From: Hamiltosporidium tvaerminnensis FI-OER-3-3
Lineage: Eukaryota > Fungi > Microsporidia
DNA length: 64,000 nt
NCBI GenBank assembly: GCA_022605425.2
Contig: CM061247.1
Location: forward strand, 434,001 to 498,000
Reading direction: 5' to 3'
Part shown: piece after piece, positions 45,850-59,830 of the stretch
Numbering within the stretch: the stretch's first letter is position 1
Layout: each line of letters opens with the position of its first letter
Program-made: the position numbers and the translations under genes
Notes under the pieces: generated by a model
The model's database searches: none
What the model saw: only the letters and a program-made list of their open reading frames with translations
What the model was told of the DNA's origin: nothing

Positions 45850-47700
45850 TAGGTATCAAATAAAATATTTAGCAAATATTAAGTTTGTGAATGAACTAGT
45901 GGTTTATTAAGTAAGTGATATTTCGTCAGCTTTTATAGTTAATAATTAAAAACAGATTAGTGAAGAATTTCTGAACTTAATTGGTAAAATCGTATAGAAT
46001 TTCTAATCCAATATACACGGGACCATTCTAATATTTTGCATTTAAAATCGTTTTATTTTGGGGCTTACTTTTAGTTCCGCATATTCGGTTTGGAGGATTT
46101 GTTAAATCGAATAAGTCTTAATTCTTTAGATGACTTAATATATTAGTGAAAAAAACAGTGGATGAGAATAGAAAATATTTTTTTTAACATTCAGTATGTC
46201 ATATCAAAATATTTTTCACAACCGATTGCCAAATGCGCTGTAAATTTAATAGCATTTTAAAATATTGACATATTCTTTTCAGTACCTAAGAGAAAATTTC
46301 TAGCTTAAATGTAACAAGAATTCATTATTCATTTGGCTTGATGAGTCTTTTATTAAGCAGTTTCGAAGATTTTTTGACGTTAGTAACTCACCATCTCTTG
46401 CTCAAAAAAACTTTGAATGCAATTTTCTGTTTTATATTTGAATAAAAAAAATTGCTTATTGAGCTTTTCTTAAGTAGTTTCTTCCGAATTTTTAATTTCG
46501 GCTTCAATTGTAGTTAAAAAAGCCTTTTGTGAAGTAAGGTGTATATTTTTATCCTCTTCCACACCAAGGATGGGTTTTCTGCTAGCAAATATTTTTTATT
46601 CTTTATTGACCATCTAATTGTTGCAAAAAGAAGTGTTCGCTTCCTAGCTTAACATTATGAAAGTTTCTTCAATGTTTATATAGGCATAAAAAAAACCGCT
46701 TTTCCATTCTAGCTCGAACGAGCAGCTATTTTACTAACACTGCATCATCTAACTCTGTGAAATCTAAGATTCAAATCAGATTACATCTATGATATTTGAT
46801 TACCTATATCCATGTAAGTTAATTTGATAAAAAATACATTTATTTAATTTTTTTTGACACTGATTAGTACTCTCAAAATTAGCTTTTCTTTTCTCCCTTA
46901 CATTAAACCTTTGTTGAAGTTTCCGTTACTAATTCAGTTATTCTTCAATATTATAAGCATCAATTCTATTGAAGAGAAAGTTCTTCGACAACAGTATTAA
47001 ATTTTTAATGCCTTTTCTTGTTGATCTCACTCTATTTTCGACAAGTAAAAAACTTTATTCAGAATTTAAGCTAAGGCTACCTCGGTTATTATAAGTAGCT
47101 TAAGCCCATAAATGGGCAAAAAATAATAATTGTGTAGAAATTTGTATCTCCATATGATTCCATATTTATTAATTTTTTATCAAGCATTCTGGTTTATGAA
47201 TCCACTAAAATACAAAAAAACACGATGAAAACCATCTGCCTATAAGAAACCCACTTCATCTTCTAGTTCAAGATTTTTCAAGATACTAAGATATAAAATT
47301 TCCGATCTGATAGATTTGACTTGAAAATTCTAGGATTAATACAGAAGGTTCTGTTTTACAGCTTATTATAAAATAACAATAAAAATCAAATACTAGATAT
47401 TTTTACATTAATATAAGGCCTTTAGATTATTTTTACACTATTTATAGAAAGTAAATACAGCGTGGTCCTTAATTCTTATCCACTTGCTACCTACCTCTAA
47501 GAATTTTTTTAAGCTAGTTATCCTCGCTTTTTACTTGAATTAAAACGAAATTTGTTCTTTTTTAGTCTTCAACTTATAGTGATTAAATATGTAAGTGATT
47601 GATCAGAAAATAGAGTTTAATTGTGCAATTCTTTTCGGGATCAAATATTTTACCATAAAAAAACAGTTAGAGTGTGGGCTTTTTTTATAAACAACTTTAA
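45850..47700 (-). mobile_element. Heavily decayed longer copy of the RLE non-LTR family, including RT region remnants
   Basis: Collinear matches to 40100-40860 (ccgcatattcg, gttgcaaaa...tgttcgctt, tttactaacactgcatcatctaact). Boundaries are approximate. Confidence 0.65.
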
Positions 47701-47989
47701 CTTCCTAATATTATGAAGATATTTGTGAATAGTTGTAGGTTTTCTTGGTATAAAATTTTACATACTCATAATCCCAACTATTTTTTAGTTTGGAAGCCAA
47801 TTGATGATATTTATGAGCCTATAAAGTTACGCAAAATAAGGCTCGAGAATTATCAAAGAAAAATCTCATTAAAAAATCATACTTCATAACTACGTCATCA
47901 CTATTTAATATATTTTGAGCTAAAAACATTAAATTTATAAAACTTAATTACATGCCGAAATTGAGCATGCATAGATACTATCATCATTA

Positions 47990-48210
47990 TCGATACTACA
48001 ACCCAGCACGAGCTTTGGCCGCCTTCAGTAATACGGTCCATTGGTCTTTTTTCCACTGGGTTTGTTCTTTTTTTCGGGTACCGTAACAAGGTGGTTTTAA
48101 AAGGTGGGTTATTAGCCATACGCCTAACCGTACCATAGAATACTGGTCTCTTTTAGTCGCCTCTTACGACAAGCATAAAATATTTTAATCCAATTCCCTC
48201 CCGTCATGGT
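47990..48210 (-). mobile_element. Short non-autonomous RTE-derived element, copy 2
   Basis: Homologous to 32945-33175. The minus strand contains gcttgtcgtaagaggcgactaaaa. Confidence 0.75.
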
Positions 48211-48349
48211 GGGGGGATGCATGCGCCGATATCACTCGATAAGATCGACCTCGCAGCAGCTCCCATATACGATTATTGTTTTAGCAATTTTTCCTGCTAC
48301 TATAACTTTATATAAAGCATAAACATTCCAGGCTTATTCTTTATATTAG

Positions 48350-49250
48350 CACACAAAAAATCATTTTTAACTGCTTTAGTTCAAATTAAATTCACATAAG
48401 CATTCCTCAGAGGGTTCGTTTTTAAAACAAGTGTTATTTTCTTTACTGGTTTTATCGAAGGAATCCTTAGAAGATTAGCTAGATGTTTTGCACTTAGTAT
48501 TCTTTTCAAGAGGATCTTGGCTTATATTTTGTTTTGCCTGGTTAAATCATACCTGTGCAGCTTATAGGATATGTATGGCATCCGTAATTGCATCATGTAT
48601 ATGAAATTAACCACATTACATCATATTTGATAAATGAGATTCAGTATATTCCCGTTAAACAATTTTTTTAAGAACTTTCGAGTTCAGAACACGACTAATC
48701 TTCCAATATTTTTCACTGAGTTTTGTTTATTTTACTAAAATATTCAACTTATCTATGTTATATACGAGATTGCGTCGATCTGAAACATACCTTGGTGAGC
48801 CAAGAAGCTTTTAGGCGACTAATATTTTCTTCAGCTCCATTTTTTTCTTGATTTTTATTATTGACTTAACATTTTCACGCAGAAGTCTGACACAAACAAA
48901 TTTCTTATTTTAGTAATTTGAAGCTCCGTTCAACCAATCCAAGAAAATCGTCATAACCATATCTATACCCAAAAAAATAAAACCAATACCTAGTCATTGG
49001 TGCTATTAAGCTGTTACGAAATTAATTATTGCCCGCAGTGCCATTAGCCGGATGCGTTCTGGAATATGTAGAATGCAGGTATTTTTTTATTTCTTTTGAA
49101 TAATTGCACGCAGAGACTTCAACCGAAGAAAAATATCAGATATTAGGCGAAGTTAAGGGTAAAAACTTACATGTTTGCGTGTTACTGCATGTTTGGTTTG
49201 ATTGAATATGTTTTTTTGGTAGAGGATTAGGAAAGTTGGAAAATTTTCAG
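48350..49250 (-). mobile_element. Possible decayed Mutator-like (MULE) transposase
   Basis: Fragments LRAII...TCILHI (CxxH-like) and NGAEENISRLKASWL (N..ES.HS.LK-like) in the expected order. Very degenerate. Confidence 0.35.
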
Positions 49251-52200
49251 AAGGTTTCTCCTTATTAATCAGTCTCTCACTTTTATTCATCCCATTAGTG
49301 TTGTCAATAGCCTATATTTTATGTGTTTTTTCACAAAAAAACATTCATTCTATACCTATTGTTTCTTTTTTGGTACTATTTTTCTCCTTTCAATAAAGAT
49401 ATAAAAAATCCGAACAATAAAAAACTATAAATTGATTATTTTACGCTGTTTACCTATTGGTTTTTCATTATTCATGATGACTTTGATAGTATGGCAATTT
49501 AAATTATTTCCCGAAAATCTAGAAAATTGCTTACACTACCAATAAACATTAAAACTACCATTATTCATGCAATTTTAATGAGATATGTAGAGCATTATCT
49601 ACGAGAGTTATTGTAATTTTTGCTCAACAATAAGAAACTATTCTCGACTTTTCACTTGTACCATCGTGCACTTCAGAGAGTGCAGGATTGATTCAATGTC
49701 GCACATTTTTAAGTGTATAATATACTTGAATGCCTCATTCTTCCAATTATAAGTTTAGAGATTTTCCTAAAGAATAAACAGCAGAGTAGGTTTTAGATCA
49801 TTATTTGATATTTGAAGTTTCATTTTACGGAGTTATGAATGAGCTTTGCTGTTTAAGGTGTCAGAATACATGGATAATCACAAGTCCCCGGTATTTTTAA
49901 GTATTGGAAAAGATTAAAATATCTAAAAACAAAATACCAAGCAAAACTAGATGATTATCAGAATAAACGCAATTTTGGCATACTCAACCAAGTAAATAAC
50001 GAATTTATACTTCAAAAAAGAAAATTACGGAAAAATTGTGTTTTTTGACATCTAGAGATGATATTTAAGTTATTACTTGATCTAGATTTTTTCATGGGTA
50101 TCTTTTTTGAAATCAAATGAAAAAAGAGATAAATATAAACTATAAAAACACCAAAAGAGAAATAATAATGAGTCATATAAATTTATTTTTATGAAATGCA
50201 AATCATACTCAGCTCCTCAAAGAAATTTTTTTTCTAAACCTAATATTTAGTCAGCATAGATAAGATATCAAGTGATTTAATGGCCATGTAGTTCTAATCT
50301 ACTGAACGAAATAAATTCCGCTTATAGACCAAGATATTTAAACTAAAATTATACTAATTCTTAAAACAAAAATTTTAGAAAAGGTAGCTTATGAATTGCG
50401 GATATTTCAACTATTTTTTGATCATCTATGTTTAAAAAGGCTATTGCAGAGAAATCGCTAAAAATACTATTGAAAAACTATGTAGAACATGTCCCAGTTA
50501 GATTATATACGGTAAGCCTTTGGTCTCTGGGTCAGAATGGATCTATATAGGGCCATTAAAATGTTTAAGATAGGTTGGTTCCTTTTTTGAAGACAATAGT
50601 TCTGATAAAATGATCCAACAGCTTACTTTTTAACGATTATTAACTCAGAGCTTATAATAAAGGCATAGACTGTATAAAATATAAAGCAGCCTTAAATAAG
50701 TTTAAAATGAGGCTAATAAGTTTTATAGTTATAGATATTGTGACTTATATAAATAGTGAAGATTCAAAGGAAATATTTTAAGAAACCCATAAATACAGTC
50801 TTCAGCAAAAAATATACTGCAAAAAAAACAATTTAAGACAAATATATCTCAAAATACCGAAAAAGAATATATTATATTGATAACTTTGTTCGATCTCTAA
50901 TTTCATATTCTAAGACGAGTTTTGATTTACAGAACGACGAAAGAAAAATAAATATCTGAAGCAATAGGTATTTTAATCATCGGATAATATAAACGCGTAA
51001 ATAAAAGATAAGATGATTTCTGAGAGAGCTTTGATTTGGAAAATAGAAACCAGACATCTTAACAACAAGATTAATCTCAATAAAAAATGTAAACAAACAA
51101 GCTCAAAAAGGCTTCGAATATGCAATTCCGAACAACAAACCGCTAATAAGTGTAAAAAATTGAAAGAAAGTCATAGATTTCGAAAGAATTCACATCGAGT
51201 AGAGAAATATTTTACTTCGTTTTCGAAATACTGGATATTAATATTAATATATTGTGTATGAACGATAAATCAAAATCATCTTTATACAAGGAATTAATTT
51301 GCAATGTGCAAGGAATTTTTTCATTCTGAAGAATAGATAGTTTTGATACTTTATTAGAAACAAGTGCAAACAAAGTTTAAGACTAGGTCCCACGCTGTAG
51401 TTGATCTGGGTCTAAAATTGAATGTGAATCTGACATTTGCAAGGGTAGTGAATAAAAAAAAGCTATGTAGCTCGATATGCCAGCAAAGTAGAAGCTGCTT
51501 TAATATTTAACATCTTATATTCAACATTATGTCTTTATGCATATATTTGTTTGTATCACCTATTATTTATACTTATTTAATTCCATATAATGTCTTATTG
51601 TTGTTTATGTAGAGAAATAATACACTTTTTCACAAATTGCACGTTTCATTCCCAGTATTATTCATAATTCCTCAGCGAATTTGTGGCTTCTATGTAATTT
51701 ATAGCCTTTTTCATCTCGTTGAATATATTTTAAATCACTGGATTGTTAATTACTGCCTAATTCGTTTCATACCAGCAAAGAATAGCAAGAAAAACGACTT
51801 CCGTTCAATTTTTTGCTGATATAAAATATGAATGTTTCAAATAGTAGCCATAACACCTGATTTGCAAATTATTCCACTATTATGCTGAATTTTCATTTAT
51901 TCGATAAGATAAAAAAGAGTTTTAACATTGCATATTGTCTTATCAGTGCAAGATGCAGCTTACTCGTACCCACCTTAGCTCAAAACTTCATAAATTGATA
52001 CTTAGCTCCTTAAAATCTACTAAATATATGCGTTTTTTTAATTTTAAGAACATATATCCATTTTATTTGTGCTGAATACGTGTATAACTTCATTACCCAG
52101 TTACTTTTTATAAAGCGGACATTTATTTTAGTTTTCACGGATTTTGCTTGAATAAATAAATATATTCGGTTGTAATTATTAATATTTATATTGAAAAAAC

Positions 52201-54019
52201 ATAATTATTAAAATTATGGTTTTGATAAAAAAAATACATATAATATTCGTAATTTTCCATATTTAGACATATTTAATTTAATAATGTATTTTAATATTGA
52301 ATTGGAAATAAAAAAATATTTCGAGCAAGGATAATGTGGGTCGGCGTGATTAATATTTTTCTTTTCTTCTCTTAGATTGTCTAAGAAAATGTAAAGAAAT
52401 TTAAAGATGAAAGCAAAACAAGATGGAAAATGATAAAATAATCAATCGTGCACCATTTGGACTTCTTCTGGGCAAAAACTTAGCAAGAAACTGATATAAC
52501 AAAAGAATAAATCCGAAAATATCACCAATTGAATATTTATACAAGGAAATATAGGAAAGATAATTCCATTCAGTGTTATATAAGGCTTGAAAAAAATGGT
52601 ATTAAATCTGTTTATTATTTATCGACATGATGATGAAATATTATATTCTCTTAAAAATGTGCTTTAAACTTAAGCTCTTATATTGGAAGAATTATAAAAT
52701 AAGGTCTGTATAAACAAAACTAATCATGATAAATATCACTAGTAAATAAACTTCTTATACCCAACAGAAAACTAGACATTTTCTACACAACTCTTTCGTT
52801 CCTTTAAACCAATGTATTGTTCTCCTCCCGATATTATATTTCTACCCGTTGAAATCCAATTTCTTAACATTTGTTTTATATAAAAATAGAATAATTACAT
52901 ATCAATATAGATTACAAAATATATTTACATCTTTATACTTGATGATTTTGCAGTTTTAGATTTTTTTATTTTTGCTAGTGTCTGCAAAGAGGAAAGTATT
53001 TTTATTTAGGATATTAGACTAACAAAAAAATACAGTATAAAATTAGCTAAATGCGTTAAATATCTCTGATCCTTTTTGAGTTGGAATTTATATTTCTAAA
53101 AGCATATAGGACAGCAACAGAATGAAGGTAAGCTTAAAATCAAAATGAATAAGATGTCTTGATGAAACATTTAAAAATCGAAAGTATCTAGAAATGTATA
53201 GAGCCTATAAAATACGTCACTCAAAAGGATTTAATTGTTTAATTCTCAATTTAATTTAAACATATAAAAAACATTTTCGAGGTCTTAAAAAGAATTATAG
53301 GACCCTATAATATATTAAATATTTATTAAAATTTCTGTTTGGAACATTAGTGTCCTGATGGAAATATAAATCATAACAGTAAATATTTTCAGAAATTACT
53401 TCTTAAAGGGCTTTTGACTAGCTTAAGTATTTAGAAAATACGGTTAGATTTATACTTTCACCAATGCAAAGCCAAGTAGAACCGTTATAAAGAAAAAAAT
53501 ATATTTCTTGGAAAAATCAAAAACAGAAAGCAAATATGAGATTAGAATCTTAACAATAGTTTATATGCCTATATATAACATTAATTTTGCAACAATAGAT
53601 TTCCTTTATTCCTCAAAATATCAAATTTTACTAGTATATTTCTGCAGGCTCTATAAGAGAAAGCGAAGCATGTGATGATGCTTTTTTAAAGTTGTTTTTG
53701 TTTCTGCAAAAGAGAATAACCTGCGAAAGATATTTAGTAAGCTTCGAAATTGCTTCAAATGTACAAGAAGAAACAATTGAATTAGTAAAATCTATATCAC
53801 CATAACAATTTAAATATTGAGAATTTTAAAAAAATTCTGAAATCGTTGCTATAATCATTTAAATCACTGTCTTCAAATTAAGGCTCGCGGTAAAACTTTA
53901 TCCAGCTCGTTCGGTAATATATTCTATTTGACACGGTTTTTTTTGTAGAGAGGTGTCTTCAATAAGAAAAAAATTAAAAAAAAGTTATATTTAAAAAACA
54001 CATTTTAAAAAGCTGTGGC

Positions 54020-54700
54020 GATTGTCATATTTGTTTTCATGACATTAATGCAGTCCTAGGTTTAACAGTAATAATTGCATTCCACCTCCAACACCCAATC
54101 GGTGCAACCTAAGTATTTACATCTCAAAGCCTTTCATCAACATGTATTAATAACACTATTAATGTGCGAGCCAGTTGCTTGATTTTAGTTAATGTCTGTT
54201 GCATCGAGTGTGATCGTAAGGCAAAACCTACACTAAGTGCCTCAATACTATGCCGCGTCTTCAATTACTCTATATTTTGCGAATCTAAAAAACATCCCAC
54301 TAATATATATTTCGCTGATTTACATGAAATCAACCTATACAGTAAAATGTTATACCAACTGGTATAACTTGCTCTTTGGTTTCAAAGAGTCTTGTTTTTG
54401 TATCACATAGGTTCTAAGGCTTCTAGCCCGAGTGAGCAACTCTAGGTTTCTATATATTCTCATGGTAATTACCTAAGGTTTAAATATGTAGGAGACTTAG
54501 TTAAATAAAAACTACAAAATTGATTTATAAAAAAGTTTTAAATCCTTAGATCTTCTTTTTCTCATACAAAATTCTATCGGAAAATCGGAGAAACAGTGTG
54601 ATTTATCCACTCCCCCAAAAAAAGAAAAGAAACAATGATTCCATACAATAACTGAAAATTTCACTGCTGGACAGATAGTCTTAATTTGGTGATTTTATTT
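54020..54700 (-). repeat. Diverged copy C of the ~750-bp dispersed element
   Basis: atatttgttttcatgacattaatgcagtcctagg, caaagcctttcatc, gttgcatcgagtgtgatcg and ccgagtgagcaactctaggtttctat are collinear with copy A. Confidence 0.85.
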
Positions 54701-55506
54701 CCACAAATAAGCGATTAAAAAAGAGATTTCGGACAAATACTCAGGAAGATTCAGCAAATTTTTATAAATAGGAAAACAATATTAACAATTTCGAATAATC
54801 AAAAATTTCCAAGGTTCATATTATATTGTTTCTACCGAAAACTTAGAAAATGATTTGGCTATATAATTCTGAATTATTTATGGATATACTATTGAACTTT
54901 TTTCTTGTGTAAAAATGGAATGGCATTATACCAATATTATAAGATCTACCTTACAAAATTTGAATTACCAGCTAAAATAGAACGTATTTTTCGACATAAG
55001 TCTAAAAATGACATTATAATTATCATTTGGTCTAAATTTAGATTAAACCCAAGATTAAGCCCCAAGGAATCATAATAACATCCTAGGTGTCTTTAAATGA
55101 ACCTTAGTATACAAATAACTTATACATTTCTCGACTATATATTTCAAATTGTTGAAAATTTCATTCGCGAAAATTTTGGAATAAATGTGTGAATGTAAAT
55201 AAGATACAGAAGGAAATTAATTAAATTATAACATGGAAGAAGACGTAGGACTAATTAAAGTTTGAATATGATGCAATTAAAAAATAAATCAATGGTTTGA
55301 ATTTTGTATAAATTCAATTATTCAAACCTTTTAAAGCAAAATTGATGTCTAAAAGCCGAAATTAAAGGATAATAGAATAAATATGAAATTTATTTTTGCA
55401 ATTGTTATATATCTTTTTTAATTCAAGGACGATATGCAAGAAATATAGTTAAATATGTTATCAAAAATATGGGTTTTGGTATGTAGTATATATCTCATTG
55501 TTTGAT

Positions 55507-56979
55507 TCAGTTCAAAAAATAATGATTGAGCATGTTATTTTTGAAATAAAAGTAGCATTTATTTGCATTTTTGTAAAGAAATTCGAATTTTTCATCATAG
55601 AATCCCATCATTTTGCATACAGGGAAAACATAATTATCAAAAAAAAACATTTCATCCGAACATTTGAAAGAGAGTTTATCAAGGTTATTTGTTAAAAAAG
55701 CTTCATGTTTTAATTCTTGGAGTAACATTTTGAGGCAATATAAACAACTACCGGTGTCTTTCATTGTAGCAGAAATGTCTGCTATTTTAATTATCATAAA
55801 CATATCAAAGATACTGAATTTTTCAAAATTTTTGATATTTTTTTTTAAAAATAGATTGTAAATTTCAAAATGTTTAAGGATTTTGCTTTTGTTACAAATA
55901 TACGCATTCAATTTTTCGATTACAAATTTTCTTGCTGTTTTACGAATTTCATGCTGTAATTTAAAATATTTTTTTATTTCCTTGATAACGTTTAAATATA
56001 TAGTAAAAATTGGTATTTCGAAATTCTTTTGCTTCAATTTACAAACCTGACAAATTTTTTTGTAATAATATCTTCTTTTCTTATAATGCCCATCTCGTTT
56101 GGTATGTGTTTTAGCAAGCAATTTTTCACTTTCTAGATTCCGTTTTTTAGAATTGGATTTTAAGTACAAATCAATAGCTTGAATTCCAATTCTTTGGTTT
56201 GAATAATTTAGACAATTTAAATTTTTACTATTTTTAGATATAATGATTTCCGTTTTAAGACATTCATTATCTTTTTTGCAATTTTTATCCAACCTGGAAA
56301 AAAAGAAATCGTGATGATGGCAAATAAACATATTTATGTATTTTTCTTGTTCTAAAATATCCGTAGATAAAATAAGTTGTTGGATATAAAAATTTATTTC
56401 ATTCCTTTCTTCGATTTTCAAATTTCTAAGAATATTACACTCATATGTATTTAAAATAAGATTGGATATAAAGCAATGAATTCTTTCACACAAAGAAGAT
56501 CTATCAAATTTATCTGTAAAATATTTTTGACTGCTTAAATATTTTGTTGAAAGACCCAAATGCCCAATGTCATGCAATAATGCAGATACTAAGATTATCA
56601 AGGCCGTCTTTTGATTTATATTATCTATTTTTTTTAGCAAGTAATATGAGGAAATAAAAACATCAATAATATGATCTTCATTATGATATGCATTGGGCCC
56701 ATAGTAATAAAAAACCGTATTTATAAAAACTGAAAGATCTTTATTAGTTATTTTCAAGTATTTTAAAATGTTCATTGACTCAAATATATAAATAATAAGT
56801 TTGTTCTTTTTAAAAAGTTTACTTTTCAAATATGAAATATTCCATATATTTAAGTATCTTTTAAATTCATAAATATCATCATCGTTAATCTCTAAGTCTA
56901 TATCAGATTTTTGGTAAACAATATTTTTTGTATCAAGCACTTGATATATTCTGCTTCTAAATAATTCGTATGTATTCAT
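55507..56979 (-). CDS. Class I 3',5'-cyclic nucleotide phosphodiesterase with a large internal insertion
   Basis: YHNEDH..DV, ALLHDIGHLG, E..H, ILSTD and IKIADIS motifs. CCC lies upstream of the ATG. Confidence 0.88.
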   Translation of the reverse strand: MNTYELFRSRIYQVLDTKNIVYQKSDIDLEINDDDIYEFKRYLNIWNISYLKSKLFKKNKLIIYIFESMNILKYLKITNKDLSVFINTVFYYYGPNAYHNEDHIIDVFISSYYLLKKIDNINQKTALIILVSALLHDIGHLGLSTKYLSSQKYFTDKFDRSSLCERIHCFISNLILNTYECNILRNLKIEERNEINFYIQQLILSTDILEQEKYINMFICHHHDFFFSRLDKNCKKDNECLKTEIIISKNSKNLNCLNYSNQRIGIQAIDLYLKSNSKKRNLESEKLLAKTHTKRDGHYKKRRYYYKKICQVCKLKQKNFEIPIFTIYLNVIKEIKKYFKLQHEIRKTARKFVIEKLNAYICNKSKILKHFEIYNLFLKKNIKNFEKFSIFDMFMIIKIADISATMKDTGSCLYCLKMLLQELKHEAFLTNNLDKLSFKCSDEMFFFDNYVFPVCKMMGFYDEKFEFLYKNANKCYFYFKNNMLNHYFLN

Positions 56980-58424
56980 GGTAAATAAGGGCGGTTTTTT
57001 TATTTTTAATATATTTTATCATATATAATTTAGCATGCCTTTTTATTATTATGATTAATAATCAATATAAAAAATTAATTTAAATGATAAAAAACTTGTC
57101 TAATAAGTATTATCATATTGTTTTAATCTAAGTGATATTAAATTCGATTTTATGAGTTTATATAATTACGAAATAAAAATGTTTTTTGAATAAATATTAT
57201 ATCTAAAATGGATATGAAAAAAAAATAGAAATATAAATTTAGAAGATAAACTATATATTATCATTATAGATCTGAAATTAAATGAGATAACGATTTTGAG
57301 ATTTAATTAATTCACAAGACTTTCTTGTGATACTAAAAAAAGAACTTAAGAAGTAAGACATTTCGGCAAAGGGTTGAATTCAATTAGAAGGTGCAATATA
57401 CATAAAATCTCTTATATGATAATCTAGATCATATGTTACAAAACGCCATAAAACTCATCTTTATGAACTGTAGGTACCAATAAGAATAGAGGCTTAAGAA
57501 AATTCATAGTACTAAAAAAGACAGTCAAATTATTTAAATCAAAAGATAAGATTAAATTCAGAACAAAATACTAGATATAGCTTGGAAATGGCATTTAAAA
57601 TGTAAAAAAAAAAGCATAGAAAATTATACAGCCTATTTCTATTTTGGTGAAATAAAAACGAAATCGGAGTGGTAAATAATAGAGACCCAGAATACTAAGC
57701 CATAGATTGTAGAAAAACTGATCGAAATCAAAGTATCAATGGTAAATATAGAGAGAATTAAATATCAAGGATTTTAAGAGGAAACATTGAAATAGGTATA
57801 GATCGACCTAAAAATCAATCAAATAACCCGTATTAATTATATTAAAAAAAACTTCAAATAAAAAATTTTTCAAAATAAATTCCCGGTGAAAATTTGTTTT
57901 TGAATGAAAACACTTTATTTAGTTGTAAATAGAGGAACCGAAAAGAGACATAAATGAAAATTCGGATTTAGAAAGAGAAAATACAGTGGTACATGAAGTA
58001 GAAGAAAATATAAAAAAGAAAGAAAATGTTTTTAACTCATAAATTTATTAAAATATTTAATTCAGTTGATCCTAATACATTAATTGTCAAGGAAGTATAA
58101 TATTTTTAATAATTATTTGCTAATTTCATTCTGTTCATACCTTTGTTAAAAAATCTTGAATTAATTTTTCTATAAATTTTGCTTGCTTATAAAAAATATA
58201 AATAAGAACCAACTTAAAACAAAATATTATCCTTCTTATAATCATTAATTCCTCCAAATTTATCTCTTTATAGATATTTTAGAAATCTGAATATAATTAA
58301 TGACTAAAAATGAATTATAAAACAATAAATATTGATTTAAAAGATTAAAATAGGCTGAATAATCCCAAAAAAGTTACAAAGATTATAAAATTTCAATTAT
58401 AAAAAGTTAAAAACTATAAAAGAT

Positions 58425-59634
58425 TTAATCTTCTTCTGGTTTATTAAAATATGATATTCTACCTCGAGTCCAATCATAAAGAATCATTTTTGCAACTTCT
58501 TTCCTATTATAAACACCACCTTTGCTTAGTTTCCCATATTTGACACATAATTTATCAATAAGATCATCAGAATTTTGAAAGGTAACTTTATATTTATTTT
58601 CTATTCCTTCTCTACCTTTGGAAATAATTTCATTTAAATATTCTTCTGGTTCTTCTATCATTTCAATTCTAACCCCACCCTTCAAAACACTATCATCACC
58701 TCTTGGAACTATACCTGGGCAATCTATTAAATATATTCTACGCATAATTCGCACATATTGCCATACTTTGGTTTCTCCTGGAACCGGTGCTACTTTACAA
58801 ACCAACTTGTTTCGCAGACTATTAATTATACTACTTTTACCTACATTAGGATATCCAATAAATCCAACAGAAATTTGTTTTTTATTTTTGTAAAGTTTTG
58901 AATATTGTCGAAGCAATGAAATAAGCGATTCTTTTCCAAATGATTTTTCTATTGAAAATGAAGAATATGCAACAGTTGGATTATTAACACTAAGTTTTCT
59001 AAGCCAAGAAGCCGTGACACTTGTAGGAATAAGATCGGTTTTGTTTAAAAGAAAAATCACCTGTTTGCTTGAAAAATGCAGTTTTAGAGTTTCCATGAAA
59101 GAGTCACACATTGTTCCCATCGGATCACGAGCATCCAAAACATGAATAAGTATGTCAGAACTGTCAACAACCTTGTATAGCTCGTTGAAAATACGTTTGC
59201 TATTTCCCTTTCCCGCTTTAGATTCACTCTCATTTTTTTCATTTTTTTCTTTCATTTTTTTGTAACAATTTTTTCAATTCTTCAATTGATTTATTGCAAA
59301 ATGTAGAATTTTTTACGTTAAAATTGGAATCCACATTATATTTTTTCTTGGTAATACGCTCATTTAACAAACTAAATGGTATTTTTCCTTTTTCTAGTAA
59401 AACATTGTAAGGATTTAATTTTTGCACACAATTTTCATAAACTTGTAGTTCTTGTTTAGTAACTACTCGTGTAGCTTTAAACCATTTGGTATCTGGCGGT
59501 ATTTTAGATTGATTATTACGAGTAGTCTTTTGAAATTCTGCTTCTTTAATTATTTCTCCTTTTCTATTTCTTTTTGGCCGTCCAGATATCAACATATGAA
59601 GATTTTTTGATTTAGATTTATCTTTAACATGCAT
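58425..59634 (-). CDS. NOG2: Nucleolar GTPase Nog2/GNL2, split by one frameshift near 59240-59265
   Basis: The N-terminal NGP1NT part has G.PKRNRKGEIIKEAEFQ, IPPDTKWF..TRVV and PYNVLL..K.P.SLL. The GTPase part has KG.SKRI.NELYKV.DSSD, DARDPMGT, LNKTDL, GYPNVGKSS, GETKVWQY and DCPG. The true start is probably CCC-ATG at 59634. Confidence 0.92.
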
Positions 59635-59665
59635 GGGTCTATAAACGAGTTCTTGCTTATATTTC

Positions 59666-59830
59666 TTAAAATAAAACATTTATTTTAGAATTTTTTCAAA
59701 AAATAAGAGTAATTTTTTTATCAGTGTCTAATAGAAAATTGTTAAAATAAAACATTTATTTTAGAATTTTTATAAAAAAATACGAGTAATTTTTTTTATG
59801 AGTGTCTAATAGAAAATTGTTAAAATAAAA
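59666..59830. repeat. ~76-bp direct duplication in the NOG2 upstream region
   Basis: ttaaaataaaacatttattttagaattttt...gagtaatttttt...agtgtctaatagaaaattg starts at 59666 and 59742. Confidence 0.9.

Noticed and set aside
50380-51350. Possible Gypsy integrase remnant (CRTC, IGPL fragments)
   Set aside because: Too few and too degenerate motifs to support a call.
54164-54367. Similar short ORFs VNVCCIECDR and VDVCCSGCDR (62782) as a small Cys-rich protein family
   Set aside because: The similarity follows from DNA homology of the dispersed element, and the frame is not preserved in copies A and B.
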